64,000 nucleotides of DNA from Eledone cirrhosa. Its lineage: Eukaryota. The stretch is from assembly GCA_964016885.1 (NCBI GenBank), contig OZ024746.1, positions 33,790,001 through 33,854,000 on the forward strand, in the 5' to 3' direction. Under the pieces are notes generated by a model, which saw only the letters and a program-made list of their open reading frames with translations, did not search any database and was not told the DNA's origin. Position numbers and translations under genes: made by a program. The stretch's first letter is position 1, and every line of letters begins with the position of its first letter. Below, in pieces: positions 42,604 to 57,162 of the stretch.

Positions 42604-42970
42604 TCGTCATCGTCATCACCATTTTGCGTCCGTTCTTCCACGCTAGCATGGGTTAGACGGGTTGTCCTGTTGTGTGCAGTGTCTGTTCGGCTGACCATGC
42701 CTTGCTCATACAGTAACTGATCTGGCTTGATTTCTACAGCTGGATGCCCTTCCTAACACCAACCTCATTTACAGTGAGTGCTGGGTGCTTTTTCGTGGCG
42801 CCTACACGTCCACTTTACAGTATGGGCTGGGTGCTTTTTTGCCGTGGCACCTCCACGACCACCTTGCGGTGGGGGGAGTGGGGGCATATTGTTTATATGC
42901 TTCAGCATGTACCCATGGGAGGTCGGGTACCCTGTATTACTGCGTGACGCCAGAAGTCACGGTCGTGTGT
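42604..42970 (-). mobile_element. RTE-associated SINE fragment
   Basis: Minus strand has ggttggtgttaggaagggcatccagctgtagaaa and ...aacccatgctagcgtggaagaacggacg followed by a (GAT/GAC)n tail. Confidence 0.6.
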
Positions 42971-43102
42971 CATATATACATGTGTATATATATATGTATA
43001 CATGTGTATATATATATATGTGTATATATATATATATGTATATATATGTATATATATATATGTGTATGTGTATATATGTGTATATGTATATATGTGTATG
43101 TG

Positions 43103-43171
<69 letters not shown>

Positions 43172-43195
43172 ATATATATATGTATATATATATAT

Positions 43196-43804
43196 GTCAG
43201 GTCACCAGTTGGTGCTACTGGTAACATGTATCCCAGTACAACCTGTCCCATGGTCGGGTCGTTGGCGACTAAACTGGCAACCCCACCAAGGTTTCTTGGT
43301 GAGGAGGGTGACTTTGGACATCCTGCAGGACTAAAAACAAAACCTGTCAAAGGGCAAAGGAGCTCTTAAGAGTCAATGGCCATCCAAAATCACCGGGAGA
43401 GATGACCCCTTAGCCTTTGTCAAGGCAGAATTCTAGGAGAAGGAAAACTCTGATATAACACCTGCAACCCTGATGGTATCCAATGATGTTGACTTGTTCT
43501 TCTTTTTGGTAAATATCATCTTGGTTAAGAGAGTGGGACTGGCTTTGTGCAGTGCCTTTGCTCACTATAAAAGCTTCACGGCACAGGCATTGCTTTATAT
43601 CTGGAGATCTCTCTGCACTTGTCGTCACATGGTACCATGGGCCCAGCACTATGTGTCAGTAATTGTCACAAGTGTAGTGTTTGTACCAGAGTTTTCAAGT
43701 CGCTGGCTGGACTAAAAAGTCACACTCGTTCAGCGCATCGGTAGGGGTTCTCCTACATGGATATAAAGTAGTGGCCGTACTCGAAAACGAGTTGGCAGCC
43801 ACCA
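43196..43804 (+). mobile_element. Short internally deleted RTE-type element (copy 2, apparently identical to copy 1)
   Basis: Same 609-bp sequence as 38205-38813 at offset 4991; ORF-track peptides are identical. Confidence 0.7.
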
Positions 43805-43943
43805 TATATTTGTGTGTATATATAGGTATGTATGTGTATATCTGTATGTATATATGTATGTAAGTGTATGTATATGTGAGTGTATGTGTGTATATATATG
43901 TGTGTCTATATAGTATGTGTGATTATATGTGTATGTATGAGTG

Positions 43944-43996
<53 letters not shown>

Positions 43997-44131
43997 GTGT
44001 ATTTATATGTATGTGTGTATATGTATGTATGTGTGTATATGTATATATTTATATATGTGTGTGTATGTATGTATATGTATGTATGTGTTTATATATGTGT
44101 ATGTATATATATGTGTGTGTGTGTGTATATG

Positions 44132-44201
<70 letters not shown>

Positions 44202-44834
44202 CTTGATATATTTTCTTTTTTCTTTTTTCTTTTTCTTTTCTTTCCTTTTTAATGTTTATTTATTATTTATTATTTTTTATTTTCTTAGTTTATAGATACA
44301 TCTATATTAAGCAGTCTGCCCAAACAGTTGAATACTGACCTCTTCCCCCCCCTCCCACCTAATTTCTGTATCTTGATCTAAATGTGTGTGCCAGTGTTTA
44401 TGTGAGTGAATTAATATCCATGTGCTTAAGATTTTATATCCACATATATATATGTGAGTGGGGGTGTGTGTGTGTTTGTATGTTCGTAGTTTATGTGTAT
44501 GTTTATGCATATACGCGCATGTATGTGTGATTGTACGGATAAGTGTTAGTATGAAAATATGTGTATACACTTATTTCATATTTATGTGTCTATACGCATC
44601 TTATCTGTGCATTATAAACTTACAGAGACATTAACCTTGAAATTTTGTATTTGCATCCATCCTTTTTGTATGCGTATACAAGTTGTGCATACATTTTTGT
44701 AAAATATGTGTAGGGTTAGTTACATGTATATACACACACCGAACTGCATTAAACCTTTTGTATTTTCATTGGTCAATTTTGTTCCCAAACGGACCTGAAA
44801 GTTTGAATTGTTGTTATTATCAATAAATATATTT

Positions 44835-44984
44835 CATTATTTCTGAAGACGGCGTATATATGTGTTGGTATGTATATTTAATCTTGATAGTTTGTATAAT
44901 TTTGTATAATTTTGTACATAGATCTGTTGAATATGCATGCCAATTCTAACACATATATATCCTAGAAACGATCGTTAAATAGTG
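44835..44984 (+). ncRNA. Type-I hammerhead ribozyme with very long stem II
   Basis: cattattt-CTGAAGA-...tatatatgtgttgg...ctaacacatatata...-GAAA-cgatcg-TT-aaatagtg; 8-bp stem I, palindromic stem III. Confidence 0.65.
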
Positions 44985-45065
44985 AACTTTTTTTGTTTAA
45001 TATAAGGAACTGTTTCATTGTTTATTCATTATTTGTTTAATATTTTATATATATATATATATATA

Positions 45066-48000
45066 GTAATAATAATAACATTGAAGACTAAAATCCAAAG
45101 AGGGGTCGATAAGGAAAATATATATCAAATATATAAGAACCGAAGAGCAAATATTTATTAAAATAACAGATTAAAGTTTAAGCAAATAATCGCTGCTTTC
45201 ACCCTTAACGGGATCTTCTGAAACTAACAAAGTCAATCTGTAAACGCAGAACTGGATATTTCAAAAAACGTTGCAACCGGAGGAAGGCAGGAAGACGATA
45301 CTTTGGTTCGTGGAAACGTTCGCTGGCAAAGAACGGGAAAAAACGAATAATACGTCATTAATAGGAGCGGTGAAAAACAATTACGCGCAAAGACAGAACC
45401 ACGTTTATGGTATAAAAGAGGTCGTAGACTAATGTTCTCTTAGGTGGTGCATAGAGACGTTCTCTGGCAATGAACGAAAAAACGAAGATAATAAATCATA
45501 TGTGGAGCGTGGAGAACAATAGCACGCAAAGACAAAACCACGTAAATGGTATAGCAGAAGTTGTAGACTAAAATTCTAACTAGGAGACCAAATGAATCTC
45601 CGCTACAGAGTTAAGAACAAATTAAATAAATACAATACAGAAGTAATAAAAACAAATAAATACATACACGCAAACAGATACGTACATACACAAGCATACG
45701 CAAAACCTTACCATAGGTATACAAAACCACGCACATATAAATATGTGTGTGTGTGTATGCTTGTGTACAAATACATAAATAATTATATAAACGTATATAA
45801 GTAAATAAATACGTATATAACAAGCGCACACACATACCTACAAATAAATACACGAATGTTCGGAGACGTAAGTCAACTAAAACAAGAAGTACACATATAC
45901 ACACACCCACCATACGTACGAACCTGCATACTCACGCAGACGCAAAACTCCCGTATACACATAGCCAAACCCTAAATACCAGAATATTTAAAAATTATAC
46001 GCCATAACAGTCAAATATACGTACGAGAAGGTATACATACCTTCACAAAACATAGGGGTAATATATACTTACCTATGCAAATAAGTAAAGGAATAAACAA
46101 AACATATACTTAGCTCCCACATCAAGACGTAAATATCCACGTATAGATCGTGCTATCCGTTAGGGTATAACGTGGGATTGTAATACAGGAAAGTTTTGTG
46201 CAATTTATGTTTACAACCCGAAATTCCCTCAGATTTTTTGTTTAAGATGTGGTCTGTGGCATAGAGTATTTCCAGGGCCTCTGCGGCGCAGAGGTCAAAG
46301 GGTCTTTTATTTCCGTTATACGATCTAGCCCTAGCTAAGATCTCCCAGTGTAACTTATATTGGGTGTGGTTGTCTTTTAGACTCCAGATATAAGCTGAAA
46401 GTGACGTCATATTCCTTATTAGAGAGTAACGAAAAGAATGGGTATGCTTGTAAAGACGCTGCTTGAAACTATTGGCGGTTAACCCTATGTAGGCCCTACG
46501 GGACGTGGGTGTTACGACCTTACTTTGTAGACAATGTTACTAGAGAGGCATTTCCCGGATAGGGGACAATCGGCCCGATTCCTACAATTACAGTTAGTAC
46601 TAACTACAGGGTTTCACGTGTTCCTACGGCTAGGTAGTTTAGCTAAATTTGAAGCTGTGATGTTATGTGCAAGGTTAGGAGTCGTAGAGTAAGACATTTT
46701 AATAGTATTTCTATTAAAAATTTTACTATATTTATGTGTAGGGGGAAAATGCTTCGTAATAAGGGAAAGAAAGTTCTTAGCTAATGGTGTGGCCACCTCC
46801 ATATTATATGGTGGGTTAAACCAACAAATGCGACGGGATCTATTTCTTCTAGGTCTATGTTCGTACTCTGTATATGCTACCTTATCGACAAATCCACTTC
46901 GAGCAAGCGCTTCATTGTAATAAGTGGAATGGTCGTTGAAAATGCGCTCATTGGTGGAAAGACGGGAAAGCCTCAACGAAACGTTTTTACCAGGTTCTTG
47001 GTAATGCTGACAGGATGGTTGGAATGCTTACTTATGTAATTAAGCGTATCATTCGGCTTTCGATACGGGTAATACAACCCATTCAATAAATTGAGGGTAA
47101 CGTCGAGGTAATTAACGACCGAGAGATTGGCCTCAACCTGTATAGAGATGTTGAAGCCTTTAAAGAAGGCTGTGAGTTCTTTTCTGAACCTGTCGCAAGC
47201 ACGAGGTCCGCACTTAGTCATGGTCAAAAGACCATCGTCACGGTACAAACCGCCGCCCGCGATGGGGAATTCGTCCTTGATAGAGAAAAGAAGGAAAAGG
47301 CCAATAAGATCAGTAACCTCCGCAGAGTCACTGGCGCCCATACTCACGTCGAATGGGGTACTATTGGATTTTTTAATCCAAATAGAGTCGTCGAAATTAA
47401 TCACCGACTTTCGGGCATTAAGGATGACATCAACTTCGAAATCCTTAACCACTGTGAGTGTTTTAGCGAAATTGATAGCTCTAAGGAGAAGTGGTAAAGT
47501 GATGGAGGAGTAGTAATTGTTGTTGTCGAATTGGATAAAACGGCAATGTTCCTTGTTACATATGCCGTTCAATCACCGCGAAAGAATTGTTCCACAGTGC
47601 GAGAGGGGCCAAACTTCTAATTTCAGGTATAATTCTATCAAGAATCGTTTTACTAAGTCTACCTAAATCGGACTTCGTAGGGTTAATAAGCCGAATAGAG
47701 GGGTTGTTCGGAAAATTGGATTTGTGATCCTTCAGGGTAAAGTGGGGAGTGATAGGGTCCAGCGGTCCGGTCCAGGATGTTGAGATCAGATGTGATTTTA
47801 AACCCAGCATCGTTGATTTCATTGATGACACACCGATTAGTTTTACGGTAATCCTTAGTTACAGCATTATGTAGTAGTTGATGGTAAGTACTGCGCTCCA
47901 CTTGATATAGGTTGCCAGTTTTGTCGGAATGGTCGTGCACGGCGTTAGAATCGTTAATAGAACGAATTCTATTCTTCAGGTCTTGCTGGAAGGAATTGCT

Positions 48001-48195
48001 CCTATTCCGAAATTTGATACTCCGAATGCGTTCCAAGACATCATTTTCGAAGGGTAGCAATGCTGGGTTCCACGGAGGGTTATTATAGGTTTTAAATCCA
48101 AATCTATCCTGTTTGTTGTCTGCTTTTCGCGGATTAAAGATCCCGCTAAGGGTGAAAGCAGCGATTCTTTGCTTAAACTTTAATCTGTTATTTTA

Positions 48196-48202
<7 letters not shown>
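45066..48202 (-). mobile_element. Penelope-like element, RT + C-terminal GIY-YIG, 5'-truncated with inverted terminal copy
   Basis: ORF pieces 46153-48130: RLINPTKSDLGRLSK, MGASDSAEVTDLIG, LYRDD, NYLDVT, WFNPPY, CNC..CPL, YIG, LNKKSE; 48139-48202 is the reverse complement of ~45150-45215; both ends in (TA)n. Confidence 0.92.
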
Positions 48203-48238
<36 letters not shown>

Positions 48239-48850
48239 AATGCTAGTATATATGTGAATGGTAGTATATATATATTTTTTGCATGTGTGCATGTGTATGT
48301 AAGTGTTTCTCCCCATGTGCGGATTATTGGTATGTTTTTTCTGGATATATAATTACGAGCTTGTTTCTGACTGCTTTTATTTATTTTTTTTTCTTTCCAT
48401 AGTAATTTTTTTTCTGACTGCTTATAAACCTATTTGCGTGTTTGTGCTGTGAATTTATATTTACAGTTTTATAAATTGTCATCTATAAGAAGGTAAATAT
48501 TTCAAATGTACGAAAGTAATGCTTTTTCATGGAAAGTTAAGACATGAAAACAAAATACAGTGTGAAGCTTGTTTGTCTTACAAGGAGTAACGGAAATCAA
48601 TAGATTCTCATTATTTGATTGATCATGTTTAATTTAGTTTATGAAAATAGTAAGAGGAAACAAAAATTGCAGACGATTGAAAGACATTTAAACATACAGA
48701 GGTATTAACAACAAAAGGGCCAGAATATATCCCACTTTCACACACACACACAGACATATACACACACATATATATGCATACAAACATATATATGTGCATG
48801 TGTGTTTGTATGCATGTATGTTTCAGTGTGACTGAGTTTGCGTGAGTGTG

Positions 48851-48894
<44 letters not shown>

Positions 48895-48935
48895 CGCACA
48901 CATCTATATATACATGTATATGTACACCTCCCTCC

Positions 48936-48972
<37 letters not shown>

Positions 48973-49414
48973 GTAAATATATATATATATATATATTGCA
49001 GGTCTTTATTAATACTAACCAGCCTGTTAACGCGTCTATGTATGCAATGCACATATATCAATCTTTTCTTTTACAAACATCTTTTCAGGCTAGAATCTGC
49101 ATTTGATTAACCCAACATTTATTAAACCATATTTAAGATATTTTAACAGTAAAACAAACTATATAAAATATAACACTACTTCCAGCCGGTCCTGTCAGAA
49201 GCAACCGCTCCCAAGAATGAACGATTGAGCTCAATGATGATAGCCAAACATCCTGCTCGGTGTCTACAACTAGTAAAGTAGGCTTGTGATTACATAAATA
49301 ATTATAAAGAATGATAAATATTTTGGAGGCTCTATTAAACAAATTAATTCATAAATTTGGTGAAGATTTAATTATATATCCCCTTTCAAATCCTCATACA
49401 TAAATCTAAAAAGA

Positions 49415-49600
49415 AACAGGGTGGTGGATTGGCAGCATCTGTAGAGCGTTTTGCAGCATAGAGATATTAGGCTTTCAGTTGTGAATTCAAATTCTTCCGA
49501 GGTTAACTTTGCCTTTCATATTTAAGGGCTCGATAAAGTAAAGCACCAGTAATGCACTGGGGTAATTGCTGGCTTTGTGCCTAAATTAGACACGATTAAT
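49415..49600 (+). mobile_element. tRNA-derived SINE (diverged copy)
   Basis: aattcaaattc..gaggttaactttgcctttcat..ctcgataaagtaaagcaccag..gcactgg homologous to 6283-6505. Confidence 0.6.
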
Positions 49601-52600
49601 TTATTTACCATAACGAAATTAGGAACCCTAATTCTGTTAATTGTATACAGAGCCAAATTATACATTATTATGGAAATCACATATAAATTTTAAAATTCAT
49701 AAATTTTGTAACTATTTCGTAGGCTAGTTCCAATGCAAATATGTTTAAATTAAATAGTATTAGTAGAAATCATAACAAGTAGAATCAATTAATGCAGCAG
49801 AGTATTAAAGTTATGAAATTAATCATAAACTATCAAATAATTCCAAAGCGTTTCAAGATGAAGACATCAGTGGTAAATGCAATAACCAATAATAAAGTAA
49901 CACTAACAAATTAATTCCTATTTATGCAGTTAATATAATACAATAATTAACTTAATTATTTTTATCAGATGTTTAACAATTTTTTGAAAAGCAGTATTTT
50001 ATATTAATTAAAGTTTAAAAAAAAATTATACTTTTCAAAATTCTTTACAATTGAAAGGTCATTAATATTTGAAAAGTATTTAATTGCAGAGAATTAAATG
50101 CAAGCAATTAAAGTAAGATACTTCTAATATAAGAAATTGTTATCATCAATAAGAAGAATCATATGTTGGTAGCGAGTAACACCTTCAGATATTGTTATTT
50201 CAACAGATTTTATTCTCATTCAACCTTGTACATACTACAATCATTAATTACAGAAAATGTAAATTATAAATTAATCTGGAATTGCGTAATATACAGGTAT
50301 ATTTTACGAGCGATGTATGTATATTTATTTTATTTCTGAATAAATCCCATTGTATCGTTCCTTCAAATATATTGATGAGGTAATTAATAAATAATACAGG
50401 AGGTTGGCGTAAGTAACTCTACAGGTATGAATTGCATTATTTGCTAGACGAAGCCCTTAACGAGGGTAATTCCCAGTGATTCTATAAATGCTATCATCAT
50501 TAACATTTTCTATTTCTTCAAAGTTCTGTGATTTTGGGGAGATATGCAAGGCTTGCTGATAGTTTCAATACTTATTATGAAATGATTATCTTTAAATGAA
50601 AGAACAGTTGTTAATAAACTATCGGAGCTTTCGAGATTTTCAGGATTTCCAAAGGATTCCAAACTACACGTCCCTCCGACACACTCACATAGTTTTAGCA
50701 GTAAATATATATATATATATATATATTCATGTATATATTTCGGTTATTTTGGAATAAATCCTGGACGTGTTCAGCAATCGATTCTCTGATTTCAAACCAC
50801 ACGTATGTTCGATAGCAGTAACCTCACATTATCAGGGATTGCAGGGTATTCATATCCAAAATGAAAAATCGAAAGTGAAAACAAAAGTAGGTTAACAACT
50901 TTTATTCTCTTTACCACCCTTCGTAATCCAGCTTGGAATTGTTGATAATTTCACAATTTATATAACTTATTATGTAAAAATCCATTTCGAATCTGAGACT
51001 ATGAGTTCTATAGATATGTTTTGTATAAATTATGTAATATCTGGTTATTATATAATTATCTCCATAAGTCTGCAGTTATATGGTATATTTTTCTAGCTCC
51101 TAGATTTAGTGGACAACATTTTAGTTTTGTGGCGCAATAAAAATTCTTTCGTTATGTTTTGATTTCTCTTTTTTACATTTCTGCTTTTTATTGTCTTTTC
51201 GGAGAGTGGACATAAACTGGCTTTTATTACCTGTGTTACCATTCATATTTTGTAATGCCACAATTGTCTCATACAGCAACTTCTTTTTCATATACTTATG
51301 TATTTAATTGAAGAAATAAAAAGCCGATTTTATTTTTGTTCCTCTGTTGTATAAAATCCTATTACCATCTCGTTATTATTTACTTGATACTTTGTTAGAT
51401 TTACAGCATATACTTTAAAATACTTTTCATTTGCAAAATAAACCAACTTCATTTCATTCATGGATAATAAAATATTTCCGAGACGGTTTGTGTCTCAATT
51501 CTTATCCAATTCAGGGCCTTGTCACGCCTGTTTGAGGGGTCCATTCCTGGTTCACCTCCAACGTTTTCTGTTTAGCTTTGGTAATGTCAGGAATGTAGCC
51601 GTACTCACTGCGCATGGCCATTTGCGTGTTGGAGAGACTATTTAACATTAGGTGAGGTGCATGGCCGTTGAATCAAAGATATCTATCCACCCCTTGGGGG
51701 TGGTGCATTATAAATGCATTTTTTTTATTTAGGACTGCTAAATTAGTAAAATTCCATTTGATAATCTTATGTGTGAAGCGTTTTGTTAAGGCATTACTAT
51801 GTGATACTGCTTCGGGTATTGATAGGCCTTCAGCTAAAATTAGTTATAGACAATTCTGCTTTTAGTCCACTTACTTTGTGCCAAAATTGGCTTTCATGCT
51901 GATTTGCTTCCACCCTATCGATTCATGCTTGATATTGCCAGAGATAGTTTTTAATAACTATTATTCTTTGTGATATTTTGGTATATTATTCTAAAACATT
52001 TTTCGTAGTGTATGGTTCCTTTGTATATGTAGAAGAATTGTTTCCATTTTATGTTCAGTTATTAAGCTAATCATTTTAGTTTTCATTGCGGTTAAGTACT
52101 TTTACCAATCTGTTGTTGTTAATTCACGGAAATTATCTATGAGAAGAATGTAAATGTTATGTTGATTGTTTAGGCCGTCTTAGTATGTCTATTTTTGAAA
52201 ATAGAATTTTGATAAATTAACCAATGAAGGAATACGAACAATTGAAGTATATCACCATTAGCACACTTCTTTTTTTATGTCTCATCGAATCTCAAAGATT
52301 ATCGGATTCATATTGAGTAGAATACGTTTTATTTTCTTTAGAAATGAACAAGTAATAGAGTGATTAGCTGCACTGCTCTTGCACAGATAAAATCCTCATA
52401 CTCCTGAGAGAATGATCCTATTTCTAATCGCTTTGGACGTCGTAAGTTTAAACAGTCTTAATATATTGTATTAAGGTCTTACACTGGCTCCGTATATTAA
52501 TCGGGAGAGTGCCGTATAATATATCTCGTGGTATTTAGTTACAACCCTGTTAGCTCTCCAGTCAAATGACGACGAATTTGAGTAGAATAATGAGGCTGAT

Positions 52601-52730
52601 AATTGCCCGAATCATTAGGATGTCATCACTCTTGGCTCTGTTCTTCAACCTAAAATATCTTTGTTTTGATTGCTTTTACGGATGTTAACTGAATTAACAA
52701 TCTAAATCTTCGGCAGATCTCTTACCCACC

Positions 52731-52780
<50 letters not shown>

Positions 52781-52781
52781 A

Positions 52782-52845
<64 letters not shown>

Positions 52846-54051
52846 TCTCTCTCTCTCACTCATTCGTAAGTGAATATATGAATTCAAAGCATACTCAATT
52901 ATGACAATGATTGTACGTGCACTCGAGCAATACAATGTATTTGTATGTGAGTGGTTTCCATATATTTGTGATGAAACCATATATATGAGATTTTCTTCTG
53001 TTGCTGAGACGTGAACAGAGTGTGCATATATTGTATTTCCGTAATTACGAAGAAGACAAAGCAATCTATACGCTATATGAGTTTGTGAGTTTAATGTAAG
53101 TAGCCTCCTTAAAGTTTGTGTCGGCGTGTGTGTTTCTCTGCATATTAACATATGTCTGTTCATATGGATACACAACTGAGCACAACAGTCATTACATTTT
53201 GTCTCGTAAGCATAATAGTGTTGATTTCACAACTGAGATATATCACACAGTGAAGTGTGTAGGTATCTCTGCTCCATAACACTTGATATAGTAGGTAAAG
53301 AATATTAACGTTTGGGTCGTTACTCCTTTATTAGATGTTAGTAAAATAAGAAAGGTTGACCTTGAAAATGTTGGCTTTGCTGCTGGATTAGTTGATAACT
53401 CTGCGCTGGACAACGGAGCAAGTAAAAACTAGTGACTGTTTGGGGAACTGTGTGGGCATACATATGAGTAAATATGTATATTCATACGCACGTGTGAGTA
53501 AAGTTAACACTATGCGTATAATTATGCATACATATTTACAAGCACACAGAGAACTGACTATGATCATTAGATTGTACAGAGACATTAAGATAGGGCACAA
53601 ATTATGAAGCTAACTTAGTACAAATACAAGAGGGAAGGAGCGACAGAATGCGTCGGAAGATTTGGGGTATGGAATAAGTTTGGGGAATCATTTTCATATT
53701 ACAGAGACATCGTTCCTGCAATAAATCCTACGTGAGCAGAGTAATACATGCAAACACCTTAAACACACATCAACGATGAAGGAACGCTTAACAAATACCT
53801 CTGTTCGTCTGTATGGAATGCTAAACCTTCACCAGTATTCAAATATTTCCATGCTTGTTGTCAAACCATCCTTTTTACTTCTCATTTTCCTAATTTTTCT
53901 CATTTTGTTTCCTCTATCTACCACTTGTTTTATGCCGTATCTTACATATTCAGGTACTCTAGTTTCTCTGGCATTTGGGTGTTAATGTAATAATCGTTAT
54001 TTTACCATATTCGAATTTACTTTGTTCTCTAATTTTCTGATCACTTCGTTC

Positions 54052-54187
<136 letters not shown>

Positions 54188-54199
54188 CCACACACCCAC

Positions 54200-54230
<31 letters not shown>

Positions 54231-54274
54231 ATAAAATAAATAAGTCAAATGTTTAAAATTTAGCTTCGTTTATT

Positions 54275-54329
54275 ACTGCTATATATATTTCGGTGACAGC
54301 CATCTTTGGCTGTGACCTCTTCAGGCAGT
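54275..54329 (-). ncRNA. Type-I hammerhead ribozyme, family B
   Basis: Minus strand: actgc-CTGAAGA-ggtcacagcca-aaga-tggctgtcacc-GAAA-tatata-TA-gcagt; perfect stem I, 10/11-bp stem II, palindromic stem III. Confidence 0.85.
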
Positions 54330-55912
54330 CCGAATTAGTGTGTAGACGAGTACATATGTTGTTGAGGTGTATAACTTTGTGAATACTTTGATATGCCCAG
54401 TTCCTGGTTGGGTTGTTATTTCACTGAGGAACTGGAGGTATACAACCAACATATACTCAAAAGCTCTCTCTCTCTATCTATATATATATATACATGCATC
54501 TATTAATACAATGAGGTCAGATTGAGCATATATGAGCCGATACAAACTATCTCTAACGACTTCAGCACAGCAGGAACTGTATTATAGTCTCGCAAAACAC
54601 ACGTAATCACAATAGGACATACATATACTAACTCATATGCTTACACGGACACATAACAAGATTCAGCCAAATATATATAAAAACACAAAATACGTAAATC
54701 AATGAGACAAATGCTATTTGCTTAAATGCTTAATGGATATGATATTTTAAGCGATTTAGAAATAGATCTGCGGACAAACTACTTCCTAAATCTTTTACAG
54801 AAATAGAATATTAACAACAATTAGCAGTGCCGTAAAATGGATAAAAACACAGTCGTCCCAATGGGAGTCTATCAGCAAAAATAAATTCCTTTTATAATAA
54901 GAGATACGAAGATTTTTATACATACATATACAGAGAAGAATCGAAATACATTAAACACATGACAAAATTTCATTTTGGGGGAATAGAATCCAAATCGGCT
55001 ACAAAATTCGGCTTTCACTTAAATAATTCCCCGACCACGTTTTCTAACACTCAAGATACAAGATCAGGTATTCGAAGACATTGGAATGACCACTATTGGA
55101 AGAATCAAATTTCCTTCAACGGGAGATGAGTTCGTCTTAAAAATAAGGGGACAAGTTGAATATCATACATTATGTACAGTTAGTTGATCGCATGATGAAA
55201 CAGCGCTACATTTTCTACTTCATGTATTAGGACAATACTACGGCCTTGTATTGATGCTGGAAACAGCAGCCAAAAATCTTATATATCTGATCAACAATGA
55301 TAGAACAGTCAATGGAGCAGTATATTTATGTGTGTGTGTGTGTGTGTGTCTTCGTGTGGCACCTTGGTTCAATCAAGAGTTGAAGATGCCACCGGATATG
55401 CCACCGGACCAAAGAAGAAATCCTGGAAACATGTCATCCTTGCACGTGAAGGCATGCACAGAAAGTTGTAGCAGGGACAGTAACATCGCCCAATGTTAAG
55501 ACATGAAAGGATTTTGCTGTTGAGCTGGAATCGCCCTAAGATCAGCAAATAAGATATTAACACACACCATTCGATTATATGTGATAAAAACCTCACCTCT
55601 TGCTATCAAGAACGCGCCTGGTGTTCGCCTCTTTTCAGAGAAGTACCATATAATGTGTTGAGAATACATTGCTGATCTAAATCCGATCACGTTAACACTG
55701 CCACTTTTTTTCTCAGAAAGTAAAATTTATTCTCCACATGAAAATGTGTAGTGTGCGTTAAGTTTCTTTTCTCGGATGAGATTTTAAACCTACATTAGTT
55801 ATCAATTCGGTAACAACAGATGTCGTCCCATCCCCAACTCTAATGATAGCTAGATAGAGAGACAGACACATAAAATATGTATATATATATATGCGTATAT
55901 ATATATACATGC

Positions 55913-55979
<67 letters not shown>

Positions 55980-56084
55980 TAAGTATATATCTATTTGTTT
56001 TGCGAGGTTCTTGATATGAAATATTGTGTCGAAACAAATATTGTTATACTTGGGGAGGGTCATATTGTTTTAATAATATTGCCA

Positions 56085-56465
56085 GAAATAATAACAAAAC
56101 ACACTCACTGTTTGGTTGGTTTTCGCTTCTGTATCTTTTATAGCTCCACAGTTAATTCATTTGGTCCTCAACGTTTATCATTGACTGACCAACGGTCAAA
56201 AATACAGATATAATATAGATATAAACACATATATATATAGCCTAACAAAGTTCTTTCGTTGCATATCTGCAATATCATCAGTGGTACTATTGTGTTCCTC
56301 CTGTTGTATTGTATGTCTACGCTAATTTTATTTTATCTTGTTAGACTATATATATATGTGTTTATATGTATATTATATCTGTATTTTTGACCGTTGGTCA
56401 GTGAATGATAAACATTGAGAACCAAATGAATTAACTGTGGAGATGTAACACTGAGTGTGTTCTGT

Positions 56466-56470
<5 letters not shown>
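56085..56470. repeat. Inverted repeat pair (~80-bp core)
   Basis: ctccacagttaattcatttggt...gaccaacggtcaaaaatacagatataat (~56143-56215) versus its reverse complement at ~56372-56442. Confidence 0.75.
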
Positions 56471-56564
<94 letters not shown>

Positions 56565-57127
56565 CAAAGAGAGAGAGAGAGAGAGACTGAAATATATATG
56601 TATATATTTTTACATTCGTCTATCATATACGTATACATGTGTGCGCGTCTAAGTTCAGATATTGAGATATTCACCGACATTTTGTTTCATTAAAGCAACC
56701 CCAATGATAACCTCGAAGTTTGAGGAGTTAAATTTTGTTAATTAATTAAAGATTTAATCAATTGATATACAAAGCTGGATAAGCTCTCTGTATATTTGTC
56801 TATTATTGATTTAACATTTTCATTTTACGTTATTTTATTTTTACTTTCATTGATTTTTGTCACATTTTAATTAATTTTGTTTATTCCGTTGTTTATTTCG
56901 TTTTTCTTTGTTTATTTTTGGCTTATTGTATTTTTTAATAAATTTAATTAATTAATGCATTTATTTGTTTGCGTAAAACATCGTTCTATGATCACTTCCT
57001 TTTGTCTATTCGTTCAATTATTTCTTCCTGTGTATATTTTCTATATGTATTTTATTTATTTATTTCTTTTCTATTGTTCTTTTTTTTATTTAATGTTGAT
57101 TGTTTAATCGAGATTAATATTTAGGAA

Positions 57128-57129
<2 letters not shown>

Positions 57130-57162
<33 letters not shown>

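Larger units (their letters stand above)
34947..45048 (+). mobile_element. 5'-truncated PLE (GIY-YIG remnant + microsatellite-inflated 3' region + terminal HHR)
   Basis: GIY-YIG frame at 34961-35371, HHR at 44835-44984, and 17-nt 5' lead ataaaatattaaacaaa (34947-34963) = reverse complement of 45032-45048. Confidence 0.55.

Noticed and set aside
38690-42720. ORFs of 786-1318 aa on both strands
   Set aside because: Translations of (TA/TG)n microsatellite (I/Y/M/C/V or H/T/Y/I only); stop-free by composition.
49133-49342. Possible host exon on minus strand
   Set aside because: Slightly GC-richer unique sequence but no recognisable domain or clear splice pair.
50774-50845. Minus-strand hammerhead-like motif gcaatcc-CTGATAA...GAAA...TC-gattgc
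   Set aside because: Core mutated and stems II/III not convincingly paired.
51450-52150. Ancient RTE LINE 3' remnant on minus strand
   Set aside because: Too degenerate to support by eye.
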